From contig CAUWNG010000022.1 of assembly GCA_963560005.1 (NCBI GenBank), positions 1-44,750 of the forward strand: 44,750 nt of DNA. Reading direction: 5' to 3'. The stretch is from an uncultured Clostridia bacterium. GTDB taxonomy: Bacteria > Bacillota > Clostridia > TANB77 > CAG-508. The position numbers were made by a program, and so were the translations under genes. Below are positions 24,251 to 34,944 of this stretch, piece after piece. The notes below the pieces were generated by a model, which saw only the letters and a program-made list of their open reading frames with translations, made no database searches and was not told where the DNA came from. How positions within the stretch are numbered: the first letter of the stretch is position 1; every line of letters starts with the position of its first letter.

Positions 24251-25964
24251 AACCAAGTATTTTTTTTATTTCTTCAAATCTTTTTATTTTTTGAGTTGTT
24301 GTTTTTATTAAAGGTTCATCTGTAATAATAATTTCTCTTATATATTTATAAGTAGGTATAGCTTTATTTATTTTGCTTTTTATATCTTGCCATATAAAAT
24401 TATGATAATCTTCTTTATATAAATTACTATAATTTTCTTTTAAATAATCAGTATTATATACTATTTTAGCACAAATCATTAAGTCATTGTCTTTAGCAGG
24501 TTTTCCAAAAACCATACTTTCTTCTACATAAGGTAATTTGTTTATTAAAATTTCTATTTCTTCTGGGTATATATTTTTACCATTTTTTAATACAATAACA
24601 TCCTTCTTTCTACCAGTAACATATAAATAACCATCTTTATCAAATTTACCTAAATCACCAGTATGAAACCAACCATCTTTAAGAACTTCTTTATTTGCCT
24701 CTTCATTATCTATATAGCCATGCATAATAGTAGGGCCTTTAGCTATTATTTCACCAATTCCATCATTATTTGGTTCATGTATTTTAATATCTATCCCAGG
24801 CATTGGAAGCCCAACTGATCCTACTCTTGAATAAAATTCATTTTCACCAGCAAGAACAGGAGAGGTTTCTGTTAAACCATATCCTTGCAGAAGAATAATA
24901 CCAAAATCTATAAATCCTTGTATAGCTTCTTTATTCATTGGAGCTCCACCAGCAATAAGAATTCTTATTTTTCCACCTAAGTTATCTAAAATGTCTTTAA
25001 ATACTTTTTTTCTAATATCTATTTTAAATTTTAAAAGGAAGTTACAAACTTTTCTCATGAATTTAACTAAATTTGTTTTTCCTTGTTTTCCTATTCCTTT
25101 TAAAATCTTTTTGTACATTATTTCTAACATTAATGGAACACAAACAAAACCAGTAATATTGTATTCAGCTAAATTTTTTTGAACATATTTTAATCCATCA
25201 CAGAAAGCTATAGTAATTCCACAAGATGTACCATATAAGAAAGTTGTAGTAGACTCAAATGTGTGATGCAATGGCAAAAATGATAAAAATGTATCAGTTG
25301 TATGTATATCTGTCATCTGACTTAATGCATATATGTCTGCACAAATGTTAGATTGAGATAATCCAACACATTTAGATATAGATGTAGTTCCAGAAGTATA
25401 TAAAAATATTGAAACTTTATTAGGGTCTAAATTTATATCTGCATATTTAAAATCTCCGTTTTCCATTAAAGATTGCCCAGTTTTTAGCAATGATGGAAAA
25501 GATAAGAAATTATTATTGTTATCCATACAAATAAAATTTTTAATATTTGTATCATTTTTATTTCGAATGTTCACAAAAATATTTTCGTAGCATTTGTCAA
25601 AAATAACAGCATCAACATTGCTTCTATAAATTAAGCTTTCTATTTCATTATTAGGTAATGATTTATCTAGTGGGACTATTCCAATATCAGATGTAGTTAC
25701 AGCTAAATAACTAACACACCACTCATATCTATTAGGACTTATTAAAGCTACTTTCTTTCCTTGTAAGCCAAGATTTAATAAAGCAGTACCAAGGCTTTTT
25801 ATATCTTGAGCAAAATCCTTATAGTTTATCTTTATATATTCAGTTGCTTTGGGATCTTTTTTATAAATGAATACATCTTTATCCATATATCTAGTTTCAT
25901 ATCTACAAACTAATTCTCTAAAACTACTAATTTTTTCACCTTCATAAATTTTATTTTGTACCAT
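24249..25964 (-). CDS. AMP-dependent synthetase/ligase (long-chain acyl-CoA synthetase-like)
   Basis: 571 aa with an AMP-binding signature LYTSGTTSISKCV, plus GYGLTETS and WFHTGDLG...GRKKDVIVLKNGKNIYPEEIE. Confidence 0.85.
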   Translation of the reverse strand: MVQNKIYEGEKISSFRELVCRYETRYMDKDVFIYKKDPKATEYIKINYKDFAQDIKSLGTALLNLGLQGKKVALISPNRYEWCVSYLAVTTSDIGIVPLDKSLPNNEIESLIYRSNVDAVIFDKCYENIFVNIRNKNDTNIKNFICMDNNNNFLSFPSLLKTGQSLMENGDFKYADINLDPNKVSIFLYTSGTTSISKCVGLSQSNICADIYALSQMTDIHTTDTFLSFLPLHHTFESTTTFLYGTSCGITIAFCDGLKYVQKNLAEYNITGFVCVPLMLEIMYKKILKGIGKQGKTNLVKFMRKVCNFLLKFKIDIRKKVFKDILDNLGGKIRILIAGGAPMNKEAIQGFIDFGIILLQGYGLTETSPVLAGENEFYSRVGSVGLPMPGIDIKIHEPNNDGIGEIIAKGPTIMHGYIDNEEANKEVLKDGWFHTGDLGKFDKDGYLYVTGRKKDVIVLKNGKNIYPEEIEILINKLPYVEESMVFGKPAKDNDLMICAKIVYNTDYLKENYSNLYKEDYHNFIWQDIKSKINKAIPTYKYIREIIITDEPLIKTTTQKIKRFEEIKKILG

Positions 25965-26040
25965 GAAAAAGCTCCTTTCAAAAAAATAACGTTAGATATA
26001 CTATATACCAAAAAAGAAAAAATATCAAGTATAATGTATA

Positions 26041-26069
26041 TTGATTATTTTGAAAAAATAGTGTAAAAT
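26041..26069 (+). promoter_or_regulatory. Candidate promoter for the GT2 / trmB / PAP2 gene group
   Basis: TTGATT (26041-26046), a 17-nt spacer ending in TG, then TAAAAT (26064-26069). Confidence 0.35.
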
Positions 26070-26130
26070 CAATTATGTGAGTATTTTAAAGTAAAAAATT
26101 TTGTAAATTAGAGGAGGAAGAAAAGTAAAA

Positions 26131-27093
26131 ATGAAAAAAATATCTGTAATTGTTTCTTGTTTCAATGAAGAAAAAGCATTACCTATATTTTATAAAAAAA
26201 TAGAAGAAGTTAGAATAAGAGATTTTTTTGATACAGATTTTGAATATGTTTTTATAGATGATGGTTCAAAGGACAAGACTTTAGAAATAATAAAAGATTT
26301 AGCATCAAAAGATGAAAAAATAAAATATATATCATTTTCAAGAAATTTTGGCAAAGAAGCTGCAATGCTTGCAGGATTAGAAACGGTTGAAGGAGATTAC
26401 ATTACATTAATGGATGCAGACTTACAAGATCCACCAGAATTATTAAGAAAAATGTATGATATAATTGTAGAAGAAGGATATGATTGTGTAGGAACTAGAC
26501 GTGTTTCTAGAAAAGGAGAACCTCCTATTAGAAGTTTTTTTGCAAGAATATTCTATAAATTAATAAATAAAATGTCAAATGTAGAGATGGTAGATGGAGC
26601 AAGGGATTATAGATTAATGACTAAACAAATGAAAGATGCTATTATTTCTATGAAAGAATATAATAGATATTCAAAAGGATTATTTAGTTTTGTTGGATTT
26701 AAAACAAAATGGTTAGAATATGAAAATATAGAAAGAGTGGCGGGGGAGACAAAGTGGTCTTTTTGGAAATTATTTAAATATGCATTAGAAGGAATTACAG
26801 CATTTTCTACAGTTCCGCTCGTATTAGCTTCATTTATTGGGTTAATATTTTGTTTAATATCTTTTATATTAATAGTAGTTATAATAATTAAAACATTGGT
26901 ATTTGGAGACCCAACATCTGGATGGCCTTCTTTAACATGTATTATATTCATGGTAAGTGGTATACAGTTATTTTCATTGGGAATAATCGGACAATATTTA
27001 TCTAAAACATATTTAGAAGTAAAGAAAAGACCAATATATATTATAAGAGAACAAAAAATAGGAAAGGAACAGATGAATGAGAATAAGGTATAA
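26131..27093 (+). CDS. Family 2 glycosyltransferase, polyprenyl-phosphate sugar transferase type (GtrB/CsbB-like)
   Basis: 320 aa with [16 protein letters not shown] and MDADLQDPP motifs and two C-terminal TM helices. Confidence 0.85.
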   Translation: MKKISVIVSCFNEEKALPIFYKKIEEVRIRDFFDTDFEYVFIDDGSKDKTLEIIKDLASKDEKIKYISFSRNFGKEAAMLAGLETVEGDYITLMDADLQDPPELLRKMYDIIVEEGYDCVGTRRVSRKGEPPIRSFFARIFYKLINKMSNVEMVDGARDYRLMTKQMKDAIISMKEYNRYSKGLFSFVGFKTKWLEYENIERVAGETKWSFWKLFKYALEGITAFSTVPLVLASFIGLIFCLISFILIVVIIIKTLVFGDPTSGWPSLTCIIFMVSGIQLFSLGIIGQYLSKTYLEVKKRPIYIIREQKIGKEQMNENKV

Positions 27094-27757
27094 AGCATGG
27101 GCAAGACCTGAGTTAGAAGCAAGTAAATTTTATATAGATAATCCAGAAGAATATAAGGGAAAGTGGAGAACATTATTTAAAAATAAAGAAAATCCATTAC
27201 ACTTAGAATTAGGATGTGGAAAAGGAAGCTTTATTTCACAATTAGCTGTTAAGAATAGAAACATAAATTATATAGCTGTAGATTTAGTAGATGCTATGTT
27301 GGGATTAGCAAAAAGAAATATAGAAGAAGCTTTTAAGGAAGTTAATAAAGAAATAGATAATGTGTATATAACCAGATATGATATAGAAAGAATACTAAAT
27401 ATAATTGATAAAAATGATTTAGTAGAAAGAATATACATAAATTTTTGCAATCCATGGCCAAAAGGAAAACATAGAAAAAAGAGATTAACGCATATAAGAC
27501 AATTAGAAAAGTATAAGGAATTTTTACAAAATGGTGGTAAAATTTTCTTTAAAACAGATGATGATGGCTTATTTAATGATAGTATAAGCTATTTTAAACA
27601 AATGAATTTCGAAATAGAAAAGTTAACTTATGATTTAGAAAATGAAAGTAACTTTTGGGACAATATAGTTACAGAACATGAAAGAATGTTTATGGAACAA
27701 GGAATAAAAATAAAAGCATTAATTGCAAGAAAAAAGGATGAAAGTAGTAATGAATAA
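27077..27757 (+). CDS. trmB: tRNA (guanine-N7)-methyltransferase
   Basis: 226 aa with the SAM motif [10 protein letters not shown] and a [15 protein letters not shown] motif. It overlaps the upstream stop by 17 nt. Confidence 0.9.
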   Translation: MRIRYKAWARPELEASKFYIDNPEEYKGKWRTLFKNKENPLHLELGCGKGSFISQLAVKNRNINYIAVDLVDAMLGLAKRNIEEAFKEVNKEIDNVYITRYDIERILNIIDKNDLVERIYINFCNPWPKGKHRKKRLTHIRQLEKYKEFLQNGGKIFFKTDDDGLFNDSISYFKQMNFEIEKLTYDLENESNFWDNIVTEHERMFMEQGIKIKALIARKKDESSNE

Positions 27758-28376
27758 AGTAAAACAAACGATAATTGATAATATGAGGTGGATAATATTT
27801 TTAATTTGTATAGTGGTTTTTTATGAAATAGTAGAAAATATATTTCAAAATGAGATATATATTTTTGATGAATTAGTATATTTTTATGTGTCTAAAATAA
27901 TAAGTGATCCTTTAACAATTTTTATGAAAATAATCACAGTGTTGGGATCAGGTTTAGTAATAATAACATTATGTGTATATGCATTGGTAGTGCCCAAGAA
28001 CAAAAAATATGGAAAGCTATTAGTTTTAAATACTGCTATAATATTTATAATAAATCAAATATTAAAAGTTATATTTGCAAGACCACGCCCAGAAGGTTTT
28101 AGATTGATAGAACAAGATGGATTTAGTTTTCCATCAGGACATTCTATGGTTAGCATGGCTTTTTATGGACTTATAATATATTTCATATATAAAAAAATTA
28201 ATAATAAATATTTAAAATGGATTTTAATATCAATATTAAGTTGTTTAATAATATTGATAGGGATAAGTAGAATATATTTAGGAGTACATTATGCAAGTGA
28301 TGTAATAGGGGGATTTTGCTTTTCAATAGCATATCTAGTGGTATTTACAAAATTGCTAAGTAAAAACGAGATTTAG
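27738..28376 (+). CDS. PAP2-family phosphatase (undecaprenyl-diphosphatase / lipid phosphatase-like)
   Basis: PAP2 motifs [14 protein letters not shown] and [12 protein letters not shown], with about 5 TM helices. The start is ambiguous (TTG 27723, ATG 27738 or ATG 27750). Confidence 0.8.
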   Translation: MKVVMNKVKQTIIDNMRWIIFLICIVVFYEIVENIFQNEIYIFDELVYFYVSKIISDPLTIFMKIITVLGSGLVIITLCVYALVVPKNKKYGKLLVLNTAIIFIINQILKVIFARPRPEGFRLIEQDGFSFPSGHSMVSMAFYGLIIYFIYKKINNKYLKWILISILSCLIILIGISRIYLGVHYASDVIGGFCFSIAYLVVFTKLLSKNEI

Positions 28377-28437
28377 AAAAATATATAATATAGAAAAGAG
28401 TGTATGAATTATCTTAAAAGTTAATTTTTTTACAAAT

Positions 28438-28471
28438 AAAAGAACCCTTTTGTTTTAAAAAGGGTTCTTTT
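28438..28471. terminator. Bidirectional terminator between the PAP2 gene and rpsI
   Basis: Arms AAAAGAACCCTTT / AAAGGGTTCTTTT with an 8-nt loop, flanked by A/T runs. Confidence 0.7.
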
Positions 28472-28486
28472 ATTTGTGTATTTATA

Positions 28487-28891
28487 TTATCTCTTACTAA
28501 ATTGTGGTGCTCTTCTTGCTTTTTTAAGACCATATTTTTTTCTTTCCTTCATACGAGGATCTCTTGTTAAGTATCCGTTAACTTTTAAAGTAGGTCTATA
28601 TTCAGCATTAGCTTCTAACAATGCTCTTGCAATACCATGACGTATAGCACCAGCTTGACCTGTAAATCCACCACCTGTTACTTTACAAATAACATCATAT
28701 TTTTCAAGAGTATTTGTAGCAACTAGAGGTTGTTTAACTATAACTTTTAATGTTTCTGTTCCAAAATATTCATCTATATTTCTTCCATTTACAGTTATAA
28801 TTCCAGAACCTTCTACTAATCTAACTCTTGCTATTGATTTTTTTCTTCTTCCTGTACCATAGAACATAATTTTTTCTGCTTTTTTTGCCAT
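28487..28891 (-). CDS. rpsI: 30S ribosomal protein S9
   Basis: 134 aa ending ...[12 protein letters not shown], with the GGG(F)[15 protein letters not shown] motif. Confidence 0.95.
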   Translation of the reverse strand: MAKKAEKIMFYGTGRRKKSIARVRLVEGSGIITVNGRNIDEYFGTETLKVIVKQPLVATNTLEKYDVICKVTGGGFTGQAGAIRHGIARALLEANAEYRPTLKVNGYLTRDPRMKERKKYGLKKARRAPQFSKR

Positions 28892-28892
28892 A

Positions 28893-29330
28893 TTATTTTA
28901 CCTCCCAAACTTCAGGTTTTTGAGCGATATTTTCATGCTCACTACCAGCATATACTCTTAATTTTTTAGCCATTTGTCTACCTAATGAATTATGTGGAAG
29001 CATACCAACTATAGCATGCATCATCATTTTTTCAGGGCTCTTTGCTAAAAGTTCTCTAGCAGTAGTTTCTTTCATTCCACCAATATATCCTGAATGGCTT
29101 CTATAAATTTTTTGATCTAATTTTTTCCCTGTTAAAACAACTTTTGCACAATTAATTATTATAACATGATCACCAACATCTAAATGAGTAGTATAAGTTG
29201 GTTTATGTTTTCCTCTTAATAATTTTGCAGCTTCTGTGGCAACTCTACCTAATACTTTGCCTTCTGCATCGATTATATACCATTTTCTTTCAATATCATT
29301 TTTCTTAACACTATATGTAGTATTATTCAT
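28893..29330 (-). CDS. rplM: 50S ribosomal protein L13
   Basis: 145 aa with [15 protein letters not shown]...[12 protein letters not shown]. It lies immediately upstream of rpsI and has a GGAGG RBS. Confidence 0.95.
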   Translation of the reverse strand: MNNTTYSVKKNDIERKWYIIDAEGKVLGRVATEAAKLLRGKHKPTYTTHLDVGDHVIIINCAKVVLTGKKLDQKIYRSHSGYIGGMKETTARELLAKSPEKMMMHAIVGMLPHNSLGRQMAKKLRVYAGSEHENIAQKPEVWEVK

Positions 29331-29437
29331 GGTAATCTATATCCTCCATTTCAATTCTATATTTTATATGAAATTATAACAAAAACTACCGGGGAGAAGT
29401 TCTTACTATAATCATATTACTAAATTCATACTATAAT

Positions 29438-29466
29438 ATTTTATTATAAAAATAAAGAAAAGTCAA
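29438..29466 (-). promoter_or_regulatory. Candidate promoter of rplM-rpsI
   Basis: On the minus strand: TTGACT (29466-29461), a 17-nt spacer, then TAAAAT (29443-29438). This would give a 5' leader of about 100 nt. Confidence 0.4.
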
Positions 29467-29516
29467 GGAAAATAAGTTTTTATTTCATAAAAGTACGCAA
29501 ACGAAACGTTTCCATG

Positions 29517-29545
29517 TTGCAATATTAAGTATTTTATAGTATTAT
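29517..29545 (+). promoter_or_regulatory. Candidate promoter of ymdB
   Basis: TTGCAA (29517-29522), a 17-nt spacer, then TATTAT (29540-29545). Confidence 0.35.
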
Positions 29546-29581
29546 GTATAATATTATTTTGTTTGGAAAGGAAGATGCAAA

Positions 29582-30355
29582 TTGAAAATACTAGCAGTGG
29601 GAGATATTATAGGCGAAAGTGGACTAGAAAAGTTAAAAATAGAATTAAAAAAAATTAGAGAAAAAGAAAATATAGATTTTATCGTAGTAAATGCTGAAAA
29701 TGTTGCAGGAGGAATGGGAATTACAATTAGCAATTTTAATGAATTAAAAAAGTTGAATATAGATGTAATAACTATGGGAAATCATACTTGGGCCAAAAAG
29801 GATATTTTTACATTTATAGATGATAATAAAATTATAAGACCAGCTAATTATTCAAATGGAGTTCCTGGAAAAGGTTATAATATATATGAATGTAAAGGAA
29901 AAAAAATTGGAGTAATAAACCTTATAGGAAGAACAAATATGGGAGTGTTATCAGAAAATCCATTTACAGTTGTAGACAATATATTGGAAAAAATAAAACA
30001 TAGAGTAGATATTGTAATTGTAGATTTCCATGCAGAAGCAACAGCAGAAAAAATTGCAATGAAATATCATTTGGATGGAAAAGTTAATATAATATTTGGA
30101 ACACATACACATGTTCAAACAGCAGATGAAGATATAACTGATAAAGGAATGGCGTATATAACAGATATAGGAATGACAGGTCCAAAAAATTCTATAATAG
30201 GTATGGATATAAAAGCATCATTAAAAAGATTTATAACATCATTGCCAGAAAGATATAAATTAGCAGAAGGAAATTGTATTTTTAATGGTTGTATTTTTGA
30301 AATAGATGATGATAATTGTCGAATTAAGTCTATAAATAGGATATATAAGAAGTAA
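29582..30355 (+). CDS. ymdB: YmdB-family metallophosphoesterase (2',3'-cyclic-nucleotide phosphodiesterase-like)
   Basis: 257 aa with a TTG start and an AAGGAAG RBS. Motifs are MKILAVGDIIG, NAEN(V)AGG(M)GIT, GNHTW and DFHAEATAEK. Confidence 0.85.
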   Translation: MKILAVGDIIGESGLEKLKIELKKIREKENIDFIVVNAENVAGGMGITISNFNELKKLNIDVITMGNHTWAKKDIFTFIDDNKIIRPANYSNGVPGKGYNIYECKGKKIGVINLIGRTNMGVLSENPFTVVDNILEKIKHRVDIVIVDFHAEATAEKIAMKYHLDGKVNIIFGTHTHVQTADEDITDKGMAYITDIGMTGPKNSIIGMDIKASLKRFITSLPERYKLAEGNCIFNGCIFEIDDDNCRIKSINRIYKK

Positions 30356-30488
30356 ATGACGAAATATATAAAAAAGTGCGATGAAAACTTTCCTTTTTTT
30401 ACCATAAACTACTAGACAAAAACATTAAAATATAATATAAATATACATGTTTAGAAAAACAAAAAAATAAAATTATAGGAGGCAAAAA

Positions 30489-30752
30489 ATGGAAACTTTA
30501 AAAATTTCATCAAAATCAAATCCAAATTCAGTAGCGGGGGCTATAGCAGGATTGGTGAAAGAATCTAACAAGGCAGAAATGCAAGCAATTGGGGCAGGAG
30601 CTCTTAATCAAGCGGTAAAAGCAATAGCGATAGCAAGAGGATTTGTAGCGCCAGCTGGAGTAGATTTAGTATGTATACCTGCATTTGCAGAGGTTGAAGT
30701 AGAGGGGGAAGACAGAACTGGTATAAAACTTATTGTTGAATCTAGAAAATAA
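30489..30752 (+). CDS. spoVS: Stage V sporulation protein S
   Basis: 87 aa: METLKISSKSNPNSVAGAIAGLV...AIGAGALNQAVKAIAIARGF. It has an AGGAGG RBS. Confidence 0.92.
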   Translation: METLKISSKSNPNSVAGAIAGLVKESNKAEMQAIGAGALNQAVKAIAIARGFVAPAGVDLVCIPAFAEVEVEGEDRTGIKLIVESRK

Positions 30753-30774
30753 AAGAATTTAATGGAATATATGG

Positions 30775-30801
30775 GGGGCATATTTATAATATGCTCCTTT
30801 T
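30775..30801 (+). terminator. Rho-independent terminator after spoVS
   Basis: About 10-bp stem GGGGCATATT / AATATGCTCC (one G-U pair) with a 3-nt loop, followed by TTTT. Confidence 0.6.
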
Positions 30802-30873
30802 GTGAAATTAAGAGTTTTCTATTGAAAAAATTGCCTATTTAGTATAATATATTAAGGTAACAGGAGGAGAATA

Positions 30874-32460
30874 ATGTTTAAGAAAAAATATATAATTATT
30901 ACAATAATTTTATTGTTAATAATTGGAATATTTTTATATATAAATAGAAATCAAAATACTTTGGAACATAATAATGTATTATTAGAGAAAGAAGAACAAA
31001 AAGAAATTCTAGAAGCTTTGAGATTAGGAATTTCAAAATTTGATACAATTAATCCAATAATAAGTGAAAATAAAGATATTATAAATATTTCTCCATTAAT
31101 ATATGAACCACTTTTAACACTAAGTGATAATTATGAATTACAATTATGTTTGGCAAAAGAATATTCAAAAGTAAATAATACATCATATATAGTAAAATTA
31201 AATGAAAACATAAAATGGAGTGACAGTACAGAATTTACAGCAGATGATGTAAAATTTACAATAGAAACATTAAAAGTTACAAGTTCAGTGTACTCAGATA
31301 ATGTAAAAGACATAAAAGATGTTGAAGTAGTAGATAAAAATACTATTAGAATTAATATGAAAGAAGAAGTTCCATTTTTTGAATATAATTTAATATTTCC
31401 AATAATCTCTAAAAAACAGTATGAAGACAAAAATATGAAAAATTCCAAAGACATTCCTATAGGAACAGGAATGTACAAAGTTGAAAGAACAAGTGAAGAA
31501 AAGATAGATTTAATATTAAATGGGCAATATAGAAATTTGGAAGGTAATACACCTAAAATAAAAAACATAGAAATTTATTTATATTCTTCAATGGGAGAGA
31601 TTTACAATGATTTTAAGTTGGATAAGCTAGACATAGTAAATACTAGTAATTATAATGTAGAAAAATATGTTGGAAGTATTGGATATAATAAAAAAGAATA
31701 CCAAGGAAGAGAATATGATTATTTAGCTTTTAATTGTGAAGATACAGTATTACAATATAAAGAAGTTAGACAGGCTATTAATTTAGCTATAAATGAAAAA
31801 GAAATTATTTCTAGTGTATATAATGGAAAGTACTATGAATCTAGTTTTCCTTTAGATTATGGAAGCTTTTTATATAATAATAATTCATATAATAGTAATT
31901 ATAATATAGAAAAAGCACAACAAACATTAGAACAAGCTGGTTGGAAATATGAATATGGAAATTGGTATAAATATATAGATGGATATTCAAAAACAATTAA
32001 CTTGGATTTAATTGTATCAAAAGAAAATAAAAATAGAATAGAAATTGCAAATTTAATAAAAAAGCAACTTGATCAAATTGGAATAAATATAGATGTTTAT
32101 GAAGTATCAGAAAGTAGATATCAAAGATATTTAGAAGAAAAGAATTATGAACTGCTATTGACAGGAGTATATAATTCTTACAGCCCAGATATAAGTACTT
32201 TTTTTGGAAGTAATAACATGGCAAATTACAATAATGAAACTGTACAAAAAATTTTAAAAGAGCTAAGTAATATTTCTGATAAACATATTTTAAAAGAAAA
32301 ATATAATGAAATTATAAACATAGTAAGATCTGATATACCTTATATAGGATTATTTAGAAACAAAAATATTGTGTTATATAACCAAAAATTAATTGGGGAA
32401 ATAACTCCAAATAATTATACAATATTTTATAATATAAAAAATTGGTGTAGAGAAAAATAA
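30874..32460 (+). CDS. ABC-transporter family-5 (peptide/nickel type) solute-binding protein, orphan
   Basis: 528 aa with an N-terminal TM anchor and no lipobox Cys. The segment ...LAKEYSKVNNTSYIVKLNENIKWSDSTEFTADDVKFTIE is typical of OppA/DppA-like SBPs. No permease or ATPase genes are adjacent. Confidence 0.7.
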   Translation: MFKKKYIIITIILLLIIGIFLYINRNQNTLEHNNVLLEKEEQKEILEALRLGISKFDTINPIISENKDIINISPLIYEPLLTLSDNYELQLCLAKEYSKVNNTSYIVKLNENIKWSDSTEFTADDVKFTIETLKVTSSVYSDNVKDIKDVEVVDKNTIRINMKEEVPFFEYNLIFPIISKKQYEDKNMKNSKDIPIGTGMYKVERTSEEKIDLILNGQYRNLEGNTPKIKNIEIYLYSSMGEIYNDFKLDKLDIVNTSNYNVEKYVGSIGYNKKEYQGREYDYLAFNCEDTVLQYKEVRQAINLAINEKEIISSVYNGKYYESSFPLDYGSFLYNNNSYNSNYNIEKAQQTLEQAGWKYEYGNWYKYIDGYSKTINLDLIVSKENKNRIEIANLIKKQLDQIGINIDVYEVSESRYQRYLEEKNYELLLTGVYNSYSPDISTFFGSNNMANYNNETVQKILKELSNISDKHILKEKYNEIINIVRSDIPYIGLFRNKNIVLYNQKLIGEITPNNYTIFYNIKNWCREK

Positions 32461-32468
32461 TAAAAAGC

Positions 32469-32498
32469 TTGACAAATAAAAAAAACATGTTATATAAT
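32469..32498 (+). promoter_or_regulatory. Candidate recA promoter
   Basis: TTGACA (32469-32474), an 18-nt spacer, then TATAAT (32493-32498). A TG lies just upstream of the -10 region. Confidence 0.5.
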
Positions 32499-32504
32499 GA
32501 TTGC

Positions 32505-32516
32505 AAACAGATGTTT
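32505..32516. promoter_or_regulatory. Degenerate LexA/SOS-box-like palindrome
   Basis: AAAC-AGAT-GTTT starts 7 nt after the -10 hexamer. It resembles the Gram-positive GAAC-N4-GTTC box, with a symmetric change at the outer positions. Confidence 0.3.
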
Positions 32517-32597
32517 AATAGGAATAAAAAGGTTGAAATTAATTAAATTAATTTTTTTACAACTAGTTTTGTACCTTAAGAAAGGAAAGTGTTAAAT

Positions 32598-33641
32598 ATG
32601 AGTAATGAAAATCCAGAAAAAATGAAAGCATTAGAAATGGCATTGAGTCAAATAGAAAAACAATTTGGTAAAGGTTCAGTAATGAAATTAGGGGAATACA
32701 AAGCAATGAATGTTGAAGCAATACCTACTGGAGCTTTAAGTTTAGACATAGCTTTAGGAATAGGAGGAATTCCAAGGGGAAGAATTATAGAAGTGTTTGG
32801 ACCAGAATCTTCTGGAAAAACTACTTTAGCCTTACATATTATAGCAGAAGCACAAAAAATGGGAGGAGAAGCAGCTTTTATAGATGCTGAACATGCATTA
32901 GATCCAGTTTATGCTAAACATGTTGGAGTTGACATAGATAACTTAATAGTTTCACAACCAGATACTGGAGAACAAGCATTAGAAATAGCTGAAGCTTTAG
33001 TAAGAAGCGGTGCATTAGATATAATTGTTGTTGACTCTGTTGCAGCATTGGTTCCTAAAGCAGAAATAGATGGAGATATGGGAGATGCACATGTTGGCTT
33101 ACAGGCAAGACTTATGTCTCAAGCTTTAAGAAAATTAGCAGGAGTTATAAATAAATCTAAATGTGTTATAGTATTTATTAACCAATTAAGGGAAAAAGTT
33201 GGAGTAATGTTTGGAAATCCAGAAACAACTCCTGGTGGTAGAGCGCTTAAATTTTATGCTTCAGTAAGATTGGATATTAGAAAAGTAGAGATATTGAAAC
33301 AAGATGGTGAAGTGGTAGGAAATAGAGCTAAAGTAAAAGTTGTAAAAAATAAAGTGGCTCCACCTTTTAGAGAAGCGGAATTTGATATAGTTTATGGAAA
33401 AGGAATATCAAGAGAAGGTAATATTTTAGATTTAGGTGTTAATTTAGAATTAATAGAAAAAAGTGGCTCTTGGTTTAGTTATAATGGAGATAGAATAGGA
33501 CAAGGTAGAGAAAATGTAAAAAGATATTTAGAAGGAAATCCAGAAATAGCTAACGAAATAGAGAAAAAAATTAGAGAAAAGTTTTCAGAAGCATTTGAAA
33601 AAAGTCTAAATGATAATATGCAAGAACAAGAAGAAGAGTAG
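32598..33641 (+). CDS. recA: Recombinase RecA
   Basis: 347 aa from ATG 32598, with Walker [10 protein letters not shown] and [37 protein letters not shown]. Confidence 0.97.
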   Translation: MSNENPEKMKALEMALSQIEKQFGKGSVMKLGEYKAMNVEAIPTGALSLDIALGIGGIPRGRIIEVFGPESSGKTTLALHIIAEAQKMGGEAAFIDAEHALDPVYAKHVGVDIDNLIVSQPDTGEQALEIAEALVRSGALDIIVVDSVAALVPKAEIDGDMGDAHVGLQARLMSQALRKLAGVINKSKCVIVFINQLREKVGVMFGNPETTPGGRALKFYASVRLDIRKVEILKQDGEVVGNRAKVKVVKNKVAPPFREAEFDIVYGKGISREGNILDLGVNLELIEKSGSWFSYNGDRIGQGRENVKRYLEGNPEIANEIEKKIREKFSEAFEKSLNDNMQEQEEE

Positions 33642-33662
33642 TTTAGAGAGGTAATACATGTA

Positions 33663-34112
33663 ATGTACACAATAGAAGAATATGATTATCAAAAAACAAA
33701 GATGTTAAAATATATACTATATAAAAAAAGGACAGAAAAAGAAATAAGAAATAAGTTTGGTAATAGTGTAAAAGAAGAATTACTAGAAGATATATTAGAA
33801 GAATTAAAGAAAAATAAATACATAGATGATAATAATTATATAAAAAGGGCAGTGGACGAATATATTAATTTAAATACACTTTCTATAAAAGAAATTAAAT
33901 ATAAATTATATTCAAAGGGAATTAATTATGACTTAATAGAAGATTTTATATATAATAATTTAGAAAGAATGGAAGAATATGAATTACAATCTGCTAGGAA
34001 GATAGTTTTGAAAAAGCAAAACTTAATGGAGACAGACGAAATAAAAGCTTTTTTAAATAAAAAAGGATATAAAATAGAAACAATAAAAGTAGCATTAGGA
34101 GATGAAAAATAA
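33663..34112 (+). CDS. recX: RecA regulator RecX (probable)
   Basis: 149 aa of repeated short helical modules (KYILYKKRTEKEIRNKF, KYKLYSKGINYDLIEDFI, FLNKKGYKIETIKVAL). It lies directly downstream of recA. Confidence 0.65.
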   Translation: MYTIEEYDYQKTKMLKYILYKKRTEKEIRNKFGNSVKEELLEDILEELKKNKYIDDNNYIKRAVDEYINLNTLSIKEIKYKLYSKGINYDLIEDFIYNNLERMEEYELQSARKIVLKKQNLMETDEIKAFLNKKGYKIETIKVALGDEK

Positions 34113-34867
34113 TGCAAAATGTATTAACTATAGAAACTAATAAATATAATGTAAAAATAGAGAATTTTGAAGGACCACTTGATTTATTATGTCATTTAAT
34201 TGATAAAAATAAGATGAATGTATGTGATGTAAAAATAAGTGATATTACAGATCAATATATAGAATATTTAGAAACAATGGAAAAACTAAATTTAGAGATA
34301 GCAAGTGAATTTTTAGTAATGGCTTCAACATTATTATATTTAAAATCTAAAATGTTATTACCTAAAGAAGTAGAAGAAGAAAAAGAATTAACAGAAGAAG
34401 AGCTACTAATGAGAATTATTGAATATAAAAAATATAAAGAAATTACTGGAAAACTAAAAGAAATGTATGAAAAGAACTCAAAAAAAATGTTTAAGTTACC
34501 AGAAAAAATCGAATTACCTAAACAAGAATTAAATGTTAATTATACAAAAGAAGAAATTATAAATATTTATAAGAATGTAATAGAAAAAAATAGTGAAAGA
34601 TTGAATAAAAATGCTAAGAATATTGAAAAAATAGCCATAACAGACAATTATACTGTAGAGAGCAAAGTAAAGGATATGTTTAGAGCACTTATACAAAATA
34701 AGCAATTTATATTTAATAAACTTTTTTCATTAAATAAATGCAATAAACAAGAAGTTGTAACAGCATTTACAGGGTTGTTAGAATTATCAAGAAGAAGCAA
34801 AGTTATTACAGAGCAAGATGAAACTTTTGGTGATATATTAGTACAAAAAATAAATAAAAATAAGTAA
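34112..34867 (+). CDS. scpA: Segregation and condensation protein A
   Basis: 251 aa with the N-terminal FEGPLDLLCHLIDKNKMNVCDVKISDITDQYIEYL motif. Confidence 0.85.
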   Translation: MQNVLTIETNKYNVKIENFEGPLDLLCHLIDKNKMNVCDVKISDITDQYIEYLETMEKLNLEIASEFLVMASTLLYLKSKMLLPKEVEEEKELTEEELLMRIIEYKKYKEITGKLKEMYEKNSKKMFKLPEKIELPKQELNVNYTKEEIINIYKNVIEKNSERLNKNAKNIEKIAITDNYTVESKVKDMFRALIQNKQFIFNKLFSLNKCNKQEVVTAFTGLLELSRRSKVITEQDETFGDILVQKINKNK

Positions 34868-34944
34868 AAATTAATGTTTAAATGTTTAAATTTATAAAAA
34901 GTGTAAAAACTAATATTATATAAGCTTATAATAAGGAGGTTTAT

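Noticed and set aside
25340-25420. A divergent AMP-binding P-loop (TSGTTSISKCV versus the usual TSGTTGxPKGV) in the acyl-CoA ligase.
   Set aside because: The other adenylate-forming motifs are intact and variation in this loop is known. This is not enough to suggest loss or novelty of function.
29331-29437. An L13-type ribosomal-protein leader in the roughly 100-nt 5' UTR of rplM.
   Set aside because: It is plausible given the long leader. I could not identify a convincing conserved structure by eye, so it is not reported as an RNA feature.
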